DNA of 32,000 bases from Mycolicibacterium smegmatis (GTDB lineage: Bacteria; Actinomycetota; Actinomycetes; Mycobacteriales; Mycobacteriaceae): positions 2,610,001-2,642,000 of the forward strand of contig NZ_LN831039.1 of assembly GCF_001457595.1 (NCBI RefSeq). The letters run 5' to 3'. This document shows positions 1-9,359 of this stretch, piece by piece. Under the pieces are notes generated by a model. It saw nothing but the letters and a program-made list of their open reading frames with translations, searched no databases and had not been told where the DNA came from. A program made the translations under genes and the position numbers. The first letter of the stretch is position 1, and each line of letters opens with the position of its first letter.

Positions 1-1218
1 TACCGCGGCGCAGGGCGGCCCGAGGCGACCTTCGCCCTTGAGCGCAGCCTCGACGCGGCGGCCCGTGAACTGGGGCTGAGCGGTGTCGAGATACGCAGGC
101 GCAATCTGCTCACGTCCGACGACCTGCCCTACCCACGCCCGATCCCGTACCGCGACGGTGTGCCCATCGAGTACGACGGCGGCGACTACCGCGCCTGTCT
201 CGAGTCGGTCCTCGAGGCGTTGCCCCGCGACGAGATCGCACGTTGTGCCGCAGAGCATCCGCAGTACCGCATCGGCTACGGGCTGTCGTCGTACCTGGAG
301 GCCACCGGACGCGGCCCACACGAGACGGCGCGGATCCGGTTGTCGCCCGACGGCCGCTTCGAGGTGACCGCGGGTGCCGCATCGGCCGGGCAGGGTCACG
401 AGACGGTGTTCGCCCAGGTCGCCGCCGAGGCTCTCGCGGTACCGATGGAACAGGTGATCTACACCCCTGGTGACACCGAGTGGCTCCCCGAGGGCGTGGG
501 CACGTTCGCGAGTCGTTCGGCCGTCCTGGCAGGCTCCGCCGTGCACAGGGCCGCACGGGAACTCGTCGGCTCGGCGATCGACCGGGTCGCGCGCCTCATC
601 GGCGCCGATCCCGACGACGTGCAGTATCGCGACGGCTGCTTTTCCGTCGGTGGGAGACCCGCACTCGACTGGGCGGATCTTGTCCGTGCGGCAGGCGTCG
701 GTGGCGCCCTGGAAACCGGGGGAATGCTCGATGTCAGTGCCGTGCACCGGGTTTCGACGGTGACCTGGACCATGGGAGTGCACGCCGCGATCGTCGGGGT
801 GCACCGGCGCACCGGCATCGTGAAGGTGCTGCGCTACGCGGTGTCCCACGAGGGCGGGCGCGAGATCAATCCGCAGATCGTGGAGGGCCAGATCATCGGT
901 GGTGTGGCACAGGGCATCGGCGGAACCCTGTTCGAACGGTGGGCCTACTCCGAAGCCGGGCAGCCACAATCCACGACGTTCGCCGCGTACCACCTGCCGC
1001 TGACCACCGACGTGCCGCGGGTGCGCGTGCGCCATCTGCACGTCGACACACCGGCCAATCCCCTCGGTGTGCGTGGGGTGGGGGAGAGCGGCACGATCGC
1101 GGTCTACGCCGCGGTGGCGTCGGCCGTCGACGACGCTCTCGACGGTCGTGTGCACATCGACACCACGCCCATCGCGACCGGCGACCTGTGCCGCGTACTC
1201 GCAAGGACCGCGTCATGA
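1..1218 (+). CDS. Xanthine dehydrogenase/aldehyde oxidase family molybdopterin-binding (large) subunit, 3' part; open at the left window edge
   Basis: Frame 1 is open from base 1: YRGAGRPEATFALERSLDAAARELGL... (classic YRGAGRPEA motif), then INPQIVEGQIIGGVAQGIGGTLFE and GVRGVGESGTI. Stop TGA at 1216-1218. Confidence 0.93.
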   Translation, partial: YRGAGRPEATFALERSLDAAARELGLSGVEIRRRNLLTSDDLPYPRPIPYRDGVPIEYDGGDYRACLESVLEALPRDEIARCAAEHPQYRIGYGLSSYLEATGRGPHETARIRLSPDGRFEVTAGAASAGQGHETVFAQVAAEALAVPMEQVIYTPGDTEWLPEGVGTFASRSAVLAGSAVHRAARELVGSAIDRVARLIGADPDDVQYRDGCFSVGGRPALDWADLVRAAGVGGALETGGMLDVSAVHRVSTVTWTMGVHAAIVGVHRRTGIVKVLRYAVSHEGGREINPQIVEGQIIGGVAQGIGGTLFERWAYSEAGQPQSTTFAAYHLPLTTDVPRVRVRHLHVDTPANPLGVRGVGESGTIAVYAAVASAVDDALDGRVHIDTTPIATGDLCRVLARTAS

Positions 1219-2096
1219 AACCCGCACCGTTCCAATACCTTCGGCCCGCCACTGTCGCGGAAGCGCTTGAGCAGCTCGCGTCGTACCCCGACGCGAAGGT
1301 GATGGCAGGCGGGCAGTCGCTGATGGCGTTGATGAACCTCCGCCTGGCACGGCCCGGGGTGATCGTCGACATCGGCCGCCTCGACGAACTCCGGCGCATC
1401 TTCGACGACACCGAGGACCTGATCCTCGGCGCGCTGGTCACCCACCGCACCGTCGAGACGGATCCGCTGATCGCGGCGCGGGCCCCGCTGCTCGCCGACG
1501 CGGCCCGCTACATCGGTCACGTCGGTATCCGCAACCGCGGCACGATCGGCGGCTCGGTGGCCCACGCGGATCCCGCGGCCGAGATGCCGTTGTCCACCCT
1601 GGTTCTCGACGCGACGTTCCATGTGGAGTCGGCGACCCGGGGCCGGCGTCAGGTGCGCGCCGAGGACATGTTCGTCTCCTACTTCACGAGTGCGCTGGAA
1701 CCCGACGAGCTGATCACGTGGGTGTCGATACCAGCCGCCCGGTACGGGCAGGGCTGGGGGTTCGTCGAATACGCGCACCAGCACGGTGATTACGGTCTTG
1801 CCGGCGCGGGCGCAGTGCTGGGCCTCGACGCCGACGGCAGGATCTGCGAACTGCGGTGTGCCGTGCTCAGCGCAGCCGACCGGCCACTGCTGTTCGTGGG
1901 CGACGACGCAGTGGGGGAGCGCCCGTCGGCGCGGCTGTGGGAAACGCTGGCAAGCCGGTGGGCCCGGTCCACCGACCCGTCATCCGATGATCCCGACTAC
2001 TCGCGGCAACTGTGTGAGACGGCGCTGTTCGAGGCGCTGACCGAGGCGACCCGCCGTGTCGGGGAGAGGCAGGAGCGAGTGGATGCATACCGTTGA
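1215..2096 (+). CDS. FAD-binding (medium, CoxM-like) subunit of molybdenum hydroxylase
   Basis: ATG at 1215 overlaps the previous stop (ATGA). MKPAPFQYLRPATVAEALEQLASYPDAKVMAGGQSLMALMNLRLARPGVIVDI is typical of the family, as is GIRNRGTIGGSVAHADPAAEMP. Confidence 0.93.
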   Translation: MKPAPFQYLRPATVAEALEQLASYPDAKVMAGGQSLMALMNLRLARPGVIVDIGRLDELRRIFDDTEDLILGALVTHRTVETDPLIAARAPLLADAARYIGHVGIRNRGTIGGSVAHADPAAEMPLSTLVLDATFHVESATRGRRQVRAEDMFVSYFTSALEPDELITWVSIPAARYGQGWGFVEYAHQHGDYGLAGAGAVLGLDADGRICELRCAVLSAADRPLLFVGDDAVGERPSARLWETLASRWARSTDPSSDDPDYSRQLCETALFEALTEATRRVGERQERVDAYR

Positions 2097-2589
2097 GATG
2101 TCCGGTGCAACGTCCGGTCAGGGTGTCGAGGTCTCGGTCATCGTCAACGGCAGGCTGGTCGAGCGCACGGTCCCGGCGCGGCTCACCCTCGCCGACTTCC
2201 TGCGCGACGAATTACAGCTCACCGGAACGCATCTCGGCTGTGAACACGGTGTGTGCGGCGCATGTTCGGTTTTCGTCGACGGGCGCGGTGTGCGCGCCTG
2301 CCTGATGCTCGCGGTGCAGGCCGACGGCACGCGGGTGACCACCGTCGAGGGTCTCGACGAGTTCGAGGAGACCCAGCGGCTGCGTCAGGCCTTCTCCGCA
2401 CGCGGTGGGCTGCAGTGCGGTTTCTGCACGCCGGGGTTCCTGGTGTCCGCGGTCGAATTGCTGCGCGACCCCGACACCGAGAAGCCGCTGACCGAGGACA
2501 GCGTCCGGGAAGCCCTGTCGGGCAACATCTGCCGGTGCACGGGTTACCAGGGCATCGTGCAGGCCGTACTCGACGCCGCCGACGGGTGA
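2083..2589 (+). CDS. 2Fe-2S (small, CoxS-like) subunit of molybdenum hydroxylase
   Basis: Overlaps the preceding CDS by 14 nt. Has both cluster motifs: CEHGVCGACSVFVDG...C and CGFCTPGFLVSA...CRCTGYQGI. Confidence 0.94.
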   Translation: MHTVEMSGATSGQGVEVSVIVNGRLVERTVPARLTLADFLRDELQLTGTHLGCEHGVCGACSVFVDGRGVRACLMLAVQADGTRVTTVEGLDEFEETQRLRQAFSARGGLQCGFCTPGFLVSAVELLRDPDTEKPLTEDSVREALSGNICRCTGYQGIVQAVLDAADG

Positions 2590-2651
2590 CCTGACCGTCT
2601 CTGGTCCACGTTCCACATACATACAGACATCCCGACTACCCAGGAGGTTAC

Positions 2652-3872
2652 GTGCCGACACTGCTCGTGGAGGACATCGGACTCCTGCTGCACGGTGACG
2701 CGGCCATCGAACCGGTCCGCGACACCACGCTGCTGATCGAAGACGGTCGCATCGCCGGGATCGGGGTCGACCACCCGAACCCCGATCAGGTCCTGTCCGC
2801 GGGCGGGCTGACCGTGATGCCAGGGCTCGTCGACGGCCACGTGCACCCCACCTTCGGGGAATGGACGCCCGCGCAGAACTCGATCGGATGGATCGGCAAC
2901 TATCTGCAGGGCGGCACCACGTCGATGGTGTCGGCAGGCGAACTGCACATCCCCGGACTGGATTTTTCGAACCTGACCCCCGAGCTGGTGCTCAGCATCG
3001 CGATCACCTCGCGACACACCACGGGCAGGTCACGGCCGTCCGGTGTCAAGGTCGAGGCGGGCACGGTGCTGCTGGTGCCGGGGATGACCGAGGAACACTT
3101 CGACCGCGCGCACCGTGAGGGCATCAAACACCTCAAGTTCATCTTCTACGACTGGAACCGCCTGGGTGACGGCGAGGCCCAGCGGTATGTCGAATGGGCC
3201 CACCAACGCGGCATGACCGTGAAGATGCACTCCGGCGGGGTGTCACGGTCCGGTGCGAGCCGGGTGGCCGGACGCGACGTGGCCGTCGCCGTGCAACCCG
3301 ACATCATCGGCCACATCTCCGGCGGCCCCATCCCGGCACCCGACGACGACATCGTGGGCATCATCGCGGACCTGCCCTCGGCGAGTGTCGAAGTGTGCAG
3401 TTCGATGAACTACCGGGCGACCAAGCTCGTGGTCGACGAACTGTCGGCACGCGGCGAGTTGCACCGCCTGACGTTGGGCACCGACACACCGGGCGGCACA
3501 GGCGTCATCCCGCGCGGGATGCTGCGCAACGTGTGCTTCCTGGCCTCGGTCTGCGGTGTCGATCCGCTGACCGCTGTCGCCGCCGCCACCGGGCAGACCG
3601 CCAAGGCGCACGGCCTGTACACGGGCGTGCTGGTCGAGGGGGCACCCGCTGATCTGGTCGTCCTCGGTCCGATCACGGGGTCGACGGCAGGCGACGCGCT
3701 CGAATCGTTCGCGTTGGGCGACCTGCCGGGCATCGCGGCCGTACTCGTCGACGGGGTGCCACTGGTCAAGACGCGCAGCCAGCAGACGCCACCCCCGAGT
3801 CGCTCGGTGCACTGGCACGGTGATCTGCGCCTGCCGGCCGCGGCGGCGGCACGCAGCGCGGGATGCTGCTGA
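2652..3872 (+). CDS. Amidohydrolase family protein, enamidase-like
   Basis: GTG start with AGGAGG nearby. TVMPGLVDGHVHPTFGEWTPAQNSIGWIGNYLQGGTTSMVSAGELHIPG (HxH metal motif) resembles the enamidase of nicotinate fermentation. GTDTPGGTGVIPRGMLRN near the C-terminal half. Confidence 0.85.
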   Translation: MPTLLVEDIGLLLHGDAAIEPVRDTTLLIEDGRIAGIGVDHPNPDQVLSAGGLTVMPGLVDGHVHPTFGEWTPAQNSIGWIGNYLQGGTTSMVSAGELHIPGLDFSNLTPELVLSIAITSRHTTGRSRPSGVKVEAGTVLLVPGMTEEHFDRAHREGIKHLKFIFYDWNRLGDGEAQRYVEWAHQRGMTVKMHSGGVSRSGASRVAGRDVAVAVQPDIIGHISGGPIPAPDDDIVGIIADLPSASVEVCSSMNYRATKLVVDELSARGELHRLTLGTDTPGGTGVIPRGMLRNVCFLASVCGVDPLTAVAAATGQTAKAHGLYTGVLVEGAPADLVVLGPITGSTAGDALESFALGDLPGIAAVLVDGVPLVKTRSQQTPPPSRSVHWHGDLRLPAAAAARSAGCC

Positions 3873-3907
3873 TCCCCGCCGGAAACCGACACACACAGGA
3901 GTACACG

Positions 3908-5107
3908 ATGACCAACAGCGCTGTCGCACAACCTCGTTCGCAGCGCCGTGGCGCCGACGACCTGATCGGGATCAACGCCGTGCTCAGCGCCGAGGAGCGC
4001 GAGATCCGCGACACCGTGCGCAGCGTCGTCCAGCGCAGGATCAAGCCGCACATCGCGTCCTGGTACGAGGACGGTGAGCTGCCCGCGCGCGAACTGGCCG
4101 TCGAACTGGGCGAGCTCGGCCTCTTGGGCATGCACCTGAAGGGCTACGGGTGCGCCGGGATGTCCGCGGTCGCATACGGATTGGCGTGCCTTGAGCTCGA
4201 AGCGGGCGACTCGGGGATCCGTTCGCTGGTGAGCGTCCAGGGATCGTTGGCGATGTACGCGATCCACGCCTTCGGCAGCGACGAGCAGAAGGACCAGTGG
4301 TTGCCCGACATGGCGAGCGGTCACCGCATCGGGTGCTTCGGCCTCACCGAACCCGACCACGGTTCCGACCCTGCGGGTATGCGCACCAGGGCCACCCGCT
4401 CAGGTGACGACTGGATCCTCACCGGGACCAAGATGTGGATCACCAACGGGTCGGTGGCCGACGTCGCGGTCGTCTGGGCGCGTACCGACGAGGGGATCCG
4501 CGGATTCGTCGTCCCCACCGACACCCCGGGATTCACCGCGAACACCATCAAATCCAAGATGTCGCTGCGCGCCTCGGTGACCAGCGAGCTCGTTCTCGAC
4601 GGGGTGCGGCTCCCCGACAGCGCCAGGTTGCCCGGGGCGACGAGCCTGGGTGCGCCGCTGCGGTGTCTCAACGAGGCGCGGTTCGGGATCGTCTTCGGTG
4701 CGCTCGGCGCGGCACGCGACTGCCTGGAGACGGCGCTGGCCTACGCCTGCTCACGCGAACAGTTCGACCGCCCCATCGGCGGGTTCCAGCTCACTCAGCA
4801 GAAGCTCGCCGACATGACGCTGGAGTACGGCAAGGGATTCCTGCTGGCGCTGCACCTCGGCCGGCAGAAAGACGCCGGTGAGCTGGCCCCCGAGCAGGTC
4901 AGCCTCGGCAAGCTCAACAACGTGCGCGAAGCCATCGAGATCGCCCGCACCGCCCGCACGGTGCTCGGCGCCAGCGGCATCACCGGGGAGTATCCCGTGA
5001 TGCGGCACGCCAACAACCTCGAATCGGTGTTGACCTACGAAGGCACCAGCGAGATGCATACGCTGATCATCGGGCAGGCACTCACCGGCGTCGGCGCCTT
5101 CCGCTGA
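3908..5107 (+). CDS. Acyl-CoA dehydrogenase, glutaryl-CoA-dehydrogenase-like
   Basis: ATG 3908 preceded by AGGAG. GCFGLTEPDHGSDPAGM, WITNGSVADVAVVWAR, VLGASGITGEYPVMRHANNLESVLTYEGTSEMHTLIIGQALTGVGAF. Confidence 0.88.
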   Translation: MTNSAVAQPRSQRRGADDLIGINAVLSAEEREIRDTVRSVVQRRIKPHIASWYEDGELPARELAVELGELGLLGMHLKGYGCAGMSAVAYGLACLELEAGDSGIRSLVSVQGSLAMYAIHAFGSDEQKDQWLPDMASGHRIGCFGLTEPDHGSDPAGMRTRATRSGDDWILTGTKMWITNGSVADVAVVWARTDEGIRGFVVPTDTPGFTANTIKSKMSLRASVTSELVLDGVRLPDSARLPGATSLGAPLRCLNEARFGIVFGALGAARDCLETALAYACSREQFDRPIGGFQLTQQKLADMTLEYGKGFLLALHLGRQKDAGELAPEQVSLGKLNNVREAIEIARTARTVLGASGITGEYPVMRHANNLESVLTYEGTSEMHTLIIGQALTGVGAFR

Positions 5108-5145
5108 TCCCGGCACCGTCTGCCCGCCACGACGTCAGGAGGCAC

Positions 5146-7305
5146 ATGGCCGGCCCTCGGAAAGAGGCTCTCGACGACCACTTCACCACGGTCGTCTCGC
5201 AACTGTCGGCGCCTGCGGTTCGCCAGGCGTGGCCCGACACTGCGCTGAGCACCGACATGGCGCTGACACTGTTCGACGCCCAGCTGGCCAGCCGCCACCT
5301 GGACCTCGCGGCCAGGTGGCTGCGGGCACAGGGCAAGGGTTTCTACACCATCGGCTCGTCGGGGCACGAGGGCAACGCCGCGGTCGCCGCGGCCCTGCGG
5401 CTCACCGACCCGGCCCTGCTGCACTACCGCTCGGGCGGGTTCTACGCCGCGAGGGCCGCGCAGGCGTGCGGCACCGACCCGATCCGCGACGTGCTGCTCG
5501 GCGTCCTGGCGGCCACGTCCGAGCCGATCTCGGGTGGCCGGCACAAGGTGTTCGGCCGGCACGATCTCAACGTCATCCCGCAGACCTCGACCATCGCCTC
5601 GCATCTGCCCCGCGCGGTGGGGGTGGCGTTCGCGATCGCGCGTGCCCGCAAGCTCGGCGTGCCGTGTGCGTGGCCCGACGACGCGGTGACGGTGTGCAGT
5701 TTCGGCGACGCCTCGGCGAACCACTCGACAGCCGTCGGCGCGATCAACGCCGCACTGCATGCCGCCTACCAGGGCCTGCCCATGCCGCTGTTGTTCGTGT
5801 GTGAGGACAACGGCATCGGCATCAGCACCAGGACCCCGCGCGGCTGGATCGCCAACGCCTACGGCAACCGACCCGGCCTGCAGTACTTCGCCGCCGACGG
5901 CAGCGACCTGTCCTCGGCGTACGACACCGCGCAGGCCGCGGCGGACTGGGTGCGCAGACACCGCAAACCGGCGTTCCTGCATCTGAGCACCGTCCGGCTG
6001 ATGGGCCACGCCGGCTCCGATTACGAGCCGTCCTACCGTAGGCCCGAGGAGATCGTCGCCGACTTCGACCGCGACCCGGTGCTCAACACCGCGAAAATGC
6101 TTGTCGCACACGGAATTCTGTCACCCGATCAGGCGCTGCAGCGCTATGAGGACAAGCGGGCGGAGGTCATCGACTGCGCGCGTGAACTGAGCGCCGCGCC
6201 GCAACTCGGCAGCGCCGAGGCCGTGCTGGAACCGCTGCGCGAGGCCCTCGACGAGGCGAAAGAGGTGTCGGTCGCTCCGGCCGCGGGCGACACCCCACTC
6301 ACGCTCGCGCTGGCCGTCAACCGGGCGTTGCACGACGTGCTCGCCGAGTATCCCGAGGCCCTGGTGTTCGGTGAGGACGTCGCACGCAAGGGCGGGGTGT
6401 ACGGGGTGACCCGAGGGTTGCAGGCCGCGGCGGGCCCGGCCCGCGTGTTCGACACCCTGCTCGACGAGCAGACCATCCTGGGTCTGGCGCTCGGCGCGGG
6501 CGTGTCCGGTCTGCTGCCCATCCCCGAGATCCAGTACCTCGCCTACCTGCACAATGCGGCCGACCAGATCCGGGGTGAGGGGGCCACGCTTCAGTTCTTC
6601 TCCAACCGCCAGTACCGCAACCCCATGGTCGTGCGGATCGCGGGCTACGGCTATCAGAAGGGTTTCGGCGGGCATTTCCACAACGACAACTCGATCGCCG
6701 CGATCCGCGACATCCCCGGTGTGGTGATCGCGTCCCCGGCGCGTCCCGACGATGCGGCGGCGATGCTGCACACGTGTGTGGCCGCGGCGAAAACCGCTGG
6801 GGCGCTGTGCGTCTACCTCGAGCCGATCGCGCTGTACCACACCAAGGACCTCCACGAGGACGGCGATCAGGGCTGGTTGGCGCCGTATCCGGGGCAGCCG
6901 GTGCCCATCGGGCGCGCCCGCACCTACGGCGACGGGAACGACCTGACGATCCTCACGTTCGGCAACGGTCTGTGGATGAGCCTGCGGGTGGCCCGGCGAC
7001 TCGAACAGCGCGACATCGCCGTGCGGGTCGTGGACCTGCGATGGCTCGCGCCGCTGCCGGTGGACGACATGGCACGCGAGGCCGCCGCGACGGGGCGTGT
7101 CCTCATCGTCGACGAGACCCGGCAGACCGGTGGTGTCGGCGAGGGCGTGCTGGCCGAACTGCTCGCGCGCGGATACACGGGCCGTGTGGAGCGGGTGGCC
7201 AGCGCCGACAGCTTCATCCCGCTCGGCGACGCCGCGTTGCAGGTGCTGCTGTCCGAGGACACCATCGAGGCGGCGGCGGTGAAACTCCTCACCGAGGGAT
7301 CTTGA
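5146..7305 (+). CDS. 2-oxo acid dehydrogenase E1, alpha and beta domains fused (branched-chain/pyruvate dehydrogenase type, thiamine diphosphate dependent)
   Basis: ATG with AGGAGG upstream. The alpha half has VCSFGDASANHSTAVGAINAALH...FVCEDNGIGIS. The beta half has ALVFGEDVARKGGVYGVTRGLQ...DEQTILGLALGAGVSGLLPIPEIQYLAY and VLIVDETRQTGGVGEGVLAELL. Confidence 0.87.
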   Translation: MAGPRKEALDDHFTTVVSQLSAPAVRQAWPDTALSTDMALTLFDAQLASRHLDLAARWLRAQGKGFYTIGSSGHEGNAAVAAALRLTDPALLHYRSGGFYAARAAQACGTDPIRDVLLGVLAATSEPISGGRHKVFGRHDLNVIPQTSTIASHLPRAVGVAFAIARARKLGVPCAWPDDAVTVCSFGDASANHSTAVGAINAALHAAYQGLPMPLLFVCEDNGIGISTRTPRGWIANAYGNRPGLQYFAADGSDLSSAYDTAQAAADWVRRHRKPAFLHLSTVRLMGHAGSDYEPSYRRPEEIVADFDRDPVLNTAKMLVAHGILSPDQALQRYEDKRAEVIDCARELSAAPQLGSAEAVLEPLREALDEAKEVSVAPAAGDTPLTLALAVNRALHDVLAEYPEALVFGEDVARKGGVYGVTRGLQAAAGPARVFDTLLDEQTILGLALGAGVSGLLPIPEIQYLAYLHNAADQIRGEGATLQFFSNRQYRNPMVVRIAGYGYQKGFGGHFHNDNSIAAIRDIPGVVIASPARPDDAAAMLHTCVAAAKTAGALCVYLEPIALYHTKDLHEDGDQGWLAPYPGQPVPIGRARTYGDGNDLTILTFGNGLWMSLRVARRLEQRDIAVRVVDLRWLAPLPVDDMAREAAATGRVLIVDETRQTGGVGEGVLAELLARGYTGRVERVASADSFIPLGDAALQVLLSEDTIEAAAVKLLTEGS

Positions 7306-7317
7306 TAGCTTGGCCGG

Positions 7318-8553
7318 ATGGCCGAACCGGTAGCACACACGCCCGATCCGACGCGCCCGTTGGCCGGCGTGCGGATCATCGAGATTTCCAGCTTCGTGGC
7401 CGTGCCGCTGGCCGGTATGACGCTCGCGCAGCTCGGCGCCGAGGTGGTCCGCGTCGACCCGATCGGCGGGGCCGCCGACTACCACCGCTGGCCGGTCACG
7501 GACGGCGGCGACAGCATCTACTGGGCCGGTCTGAACAAGGGCAAACGGTCGGTGGCCGCCGACATGCGCTCGCCCGAAGGGCAGCAGGTGGTGCAGAGGC
7601 TCATCGCCGAGAGCGGTGTGCTGATCACCAATGCCGCTGGGCGACAATGGCATTCCTACGAGGAACTCGCGGCGCTGCGGTCCGATCTGATCCACGTCGA
7701 GGTGTCCGGCCGCGCCGACGGCGGCACCGGGGTCGATTACACCGTCAACGCGGCGCTCGGATTCCCGCTCGTCACAGGGCCTGCGGAGGTTTCCACACCG
7801 GTCAACCACGTGCTGCCGGCCTGGGACGTGAGCTGCGGGCTGTACGTGGCGCTCGCGGTGACCGCGGCCCTGCGCCACCGCGACGCCACCGGTGAGGGCG
7901 CCCGCATCAGCGTCCCGCTGGAGAACGTCGCCCTTGCCACGACGGGCAACCTGGGGTTCCTCACCGAGGTGATGATCAACGGTACGTCCCGGGAACGCCT
8001 GGGCAACAGCCTGTTCGGCACGTACGGCCAGAACTTCACCAGCAGTGACGGGGTCTTCTTCATGCTCGTCGCGCTCACGGGGCGGCACTTCCGTGACCTC
8101 ACCGAGGTCACCGGCACCACCAAAGCCGTTGCGGCGCTGGGCGAGGCACTGGGCGCCGATTTCACCGACGAGGGGCAGCGCTACACCCACCGCGACGCGC
8201 TGACCGGTCTGTTCACCCTGTGGTTCAGCGAGCACACCGCCGACGAGATCACCGAGGCGCTTTCGGGCACCTCGGTGTTGTGGGAGCGTTACCGCACCTT
8301 CGCCGAGACGGCAGGCGACCGCCGCGTCACCGACAACCCGCTGTTCACCCCGCTCGACCAGCCGCGGATCGGCCGGTATCTCGCACCGGGCCTGCCGGTG
8401 TCGATCGGCGGGGTGTACCCGGCCGCGGTCGCCGCGCCTGCGCTGGGCGACGACACCGCCGCGGTGCTCGCCGAACACCTCGGACTCAGCGCCGAGAAGA
8501 TCGCCGAGCTCACCGAATCCGGCATCGTCGCAACCGGTTCCGCGCAGAAGTGA
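7318..8553 (+). CDS. CaiB/BaiF family (family III) CoA-transferase
   Basis: PLAGVRIIEISSFVAVPLAGMTLAQLGAEVVRVDPIGG...YWAGLNKGKRSVAADMRSPEGQQVV is characteristic of the family. Confidence 0.88.
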   Translation: MAEPVAHTPDPTRPLAGVRIIEISSFVAVPLAGMTLAQLGAEVVRVDPIGGAADYHRWPVTDGGDSIYWAGLNKGKRSVAADMRSPEGQQVVQRLIAESGVLITNAAGRQWHSYEELAALRSDLIHVEVSGRADGGTGVDYTVNAALGFPLVTGPAEVSTPVNHVLPAWDVSCGLYVALAVTAALRHRDATGEGARISVPLENVALATTGNLGFLTEVMINGTSRERLGNSLFGTYGQNFTSSDGVFFMLVALTGRHFRDLTEVTGTTKAVAALGEALGADFTDEGQRYTHRDALTGLFTLWFSEHTADEITEALSGTSVLWERYRTFAETAGDRRVTDNPLFTPLDQPRIGRYLAPGLPVSIGGVYPAAVAAPALGDDTAAVLAEHLGLSAEKIAELTESGIVATGSAQK

Positions 8554-9359
8554 GCGAACTGCCACGGCTGCTCGACCTCGACGAGCACGACGACGAGGAC
8601 ACCTGGACCGGGCCTGCGAGCGGGCCAGACGGCAAACGCGCATTCGGTGGGCTGCGCGCGGCGCAGAGCCTGGCCGCCGCGGCTCGCACCGTGGGCGACG
8701 ACCGCGCGCCGACCAACATGCACATGCAGTTCCTGCGCGGCGGCGACGCCGGCGAGCCCGCCCGCTACCGCGTGCACCGCGTCTACGACGGACGCACCGC
8801 GTCGGCGCGTCGCGTCGACGCCCACGAGCACGGCCGGTTGCTCACCACGGCCACGGTGTCGTTCGCGACGCCGCTGCCCGGGCCGGAGCACGGCCGCCGC
8901 ACGAGCGTGCCGCACGATCCCGAGGCGTTGCCGCGCACGGGCCCGCCGGGGCCCGCGCCGTCGCTGCCGCTCGACGAGTTCGACATCCGCATCGCCGACG
9001 ACACGGCCGGCGGTGGATTCACGCGGCGGTTCTGGTGGCGGGTCACCACGGCGCTGCCCGACGATGCACTGCTGCACACCATGGTGGCGCTGTACATCAC
9101 CGATCTGTACGGAATCGATCCCGCGCTCGGGGTGCACGGCCTGACGATGCGTTCACGCAGCCACCGCAGCGGCACGACCGATTCGTCGATGTGGTTCCAC
9201 CGGCGGGTGCGCGCCGACGAGTGGAACCTGCTTGAGCAGACGTCACCGGCCGCGGCCCGTGGCCGCGGCATCATCACCTCGAGTCTCGTGCAGCTCGACG
9301 GCAGCGTCGTCGCCACGCTCGTGCAGGAGGGTTTGATGGCCGAGCGGACGACGGACTGA
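8550..9359 (+). CDS. Acyl-CoA thioesterase II-like / thioesterase family protein (double hotdog)
   Basis: GTG at 8550 overlaps the upstream TGA (GTGA). KRAFGGLRAAQSLAAAARTV...HMQFLRGGDAGEPARYRVHRVYDGRTASARRVDAHEHGRLL and DSSMWFHRRVRADEWNLLEQTSPAAARGRGIITSSLVQLDGSVVATLVQEGL. Confidence 0.86.
   Translation: MSELPRLLDLDEHDDEDTWTGPASGPDGKRAFGGLRAAQSLAAAARTVGDDRAPTNMHMQFLRGGDAGEPARYRVHRVYDGRTASARRVDAHEHGRLLTTATVSFATPLPGPEHGRRTSVPHDPEALPRTGPPGPAPSLPLDEFDIRIADDTAGGGFTRRFWWRVTTALPDDALLHTMVALYITDLYGIDPALGVHGLTMRSRSHRSGTTDSSMWFHRRVRADEWNLLEQTSPAAARGRGIITSSLVQLDGSVVATLVQEGLMAERTTD

Noticed and set aside
480-1214. Upstream extension of the FAD-subunit ORF
   Set aside because: Overlaps the MoCo subunit in a different frame. 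Family-like sequence begins at MKPAPFQYL (1215).
2590-2651. acatacatacagacat low-complexity patch before the amidohydrolase
   Set aside because: Too short and imperfect to call a repeat or regulatory site. It only marks the one sizeable intergenic gap of the first operon.
6121-8643. 840-aa minus-strand ORF opposite the E1 and CoA-transferase genes
   Set aside because: The opposite frames hold full-length, motif-bearing proteins. This ORF is Arg/Gly/Val-rich with no recognisable domain, typical of high-GC shadow ORFs.
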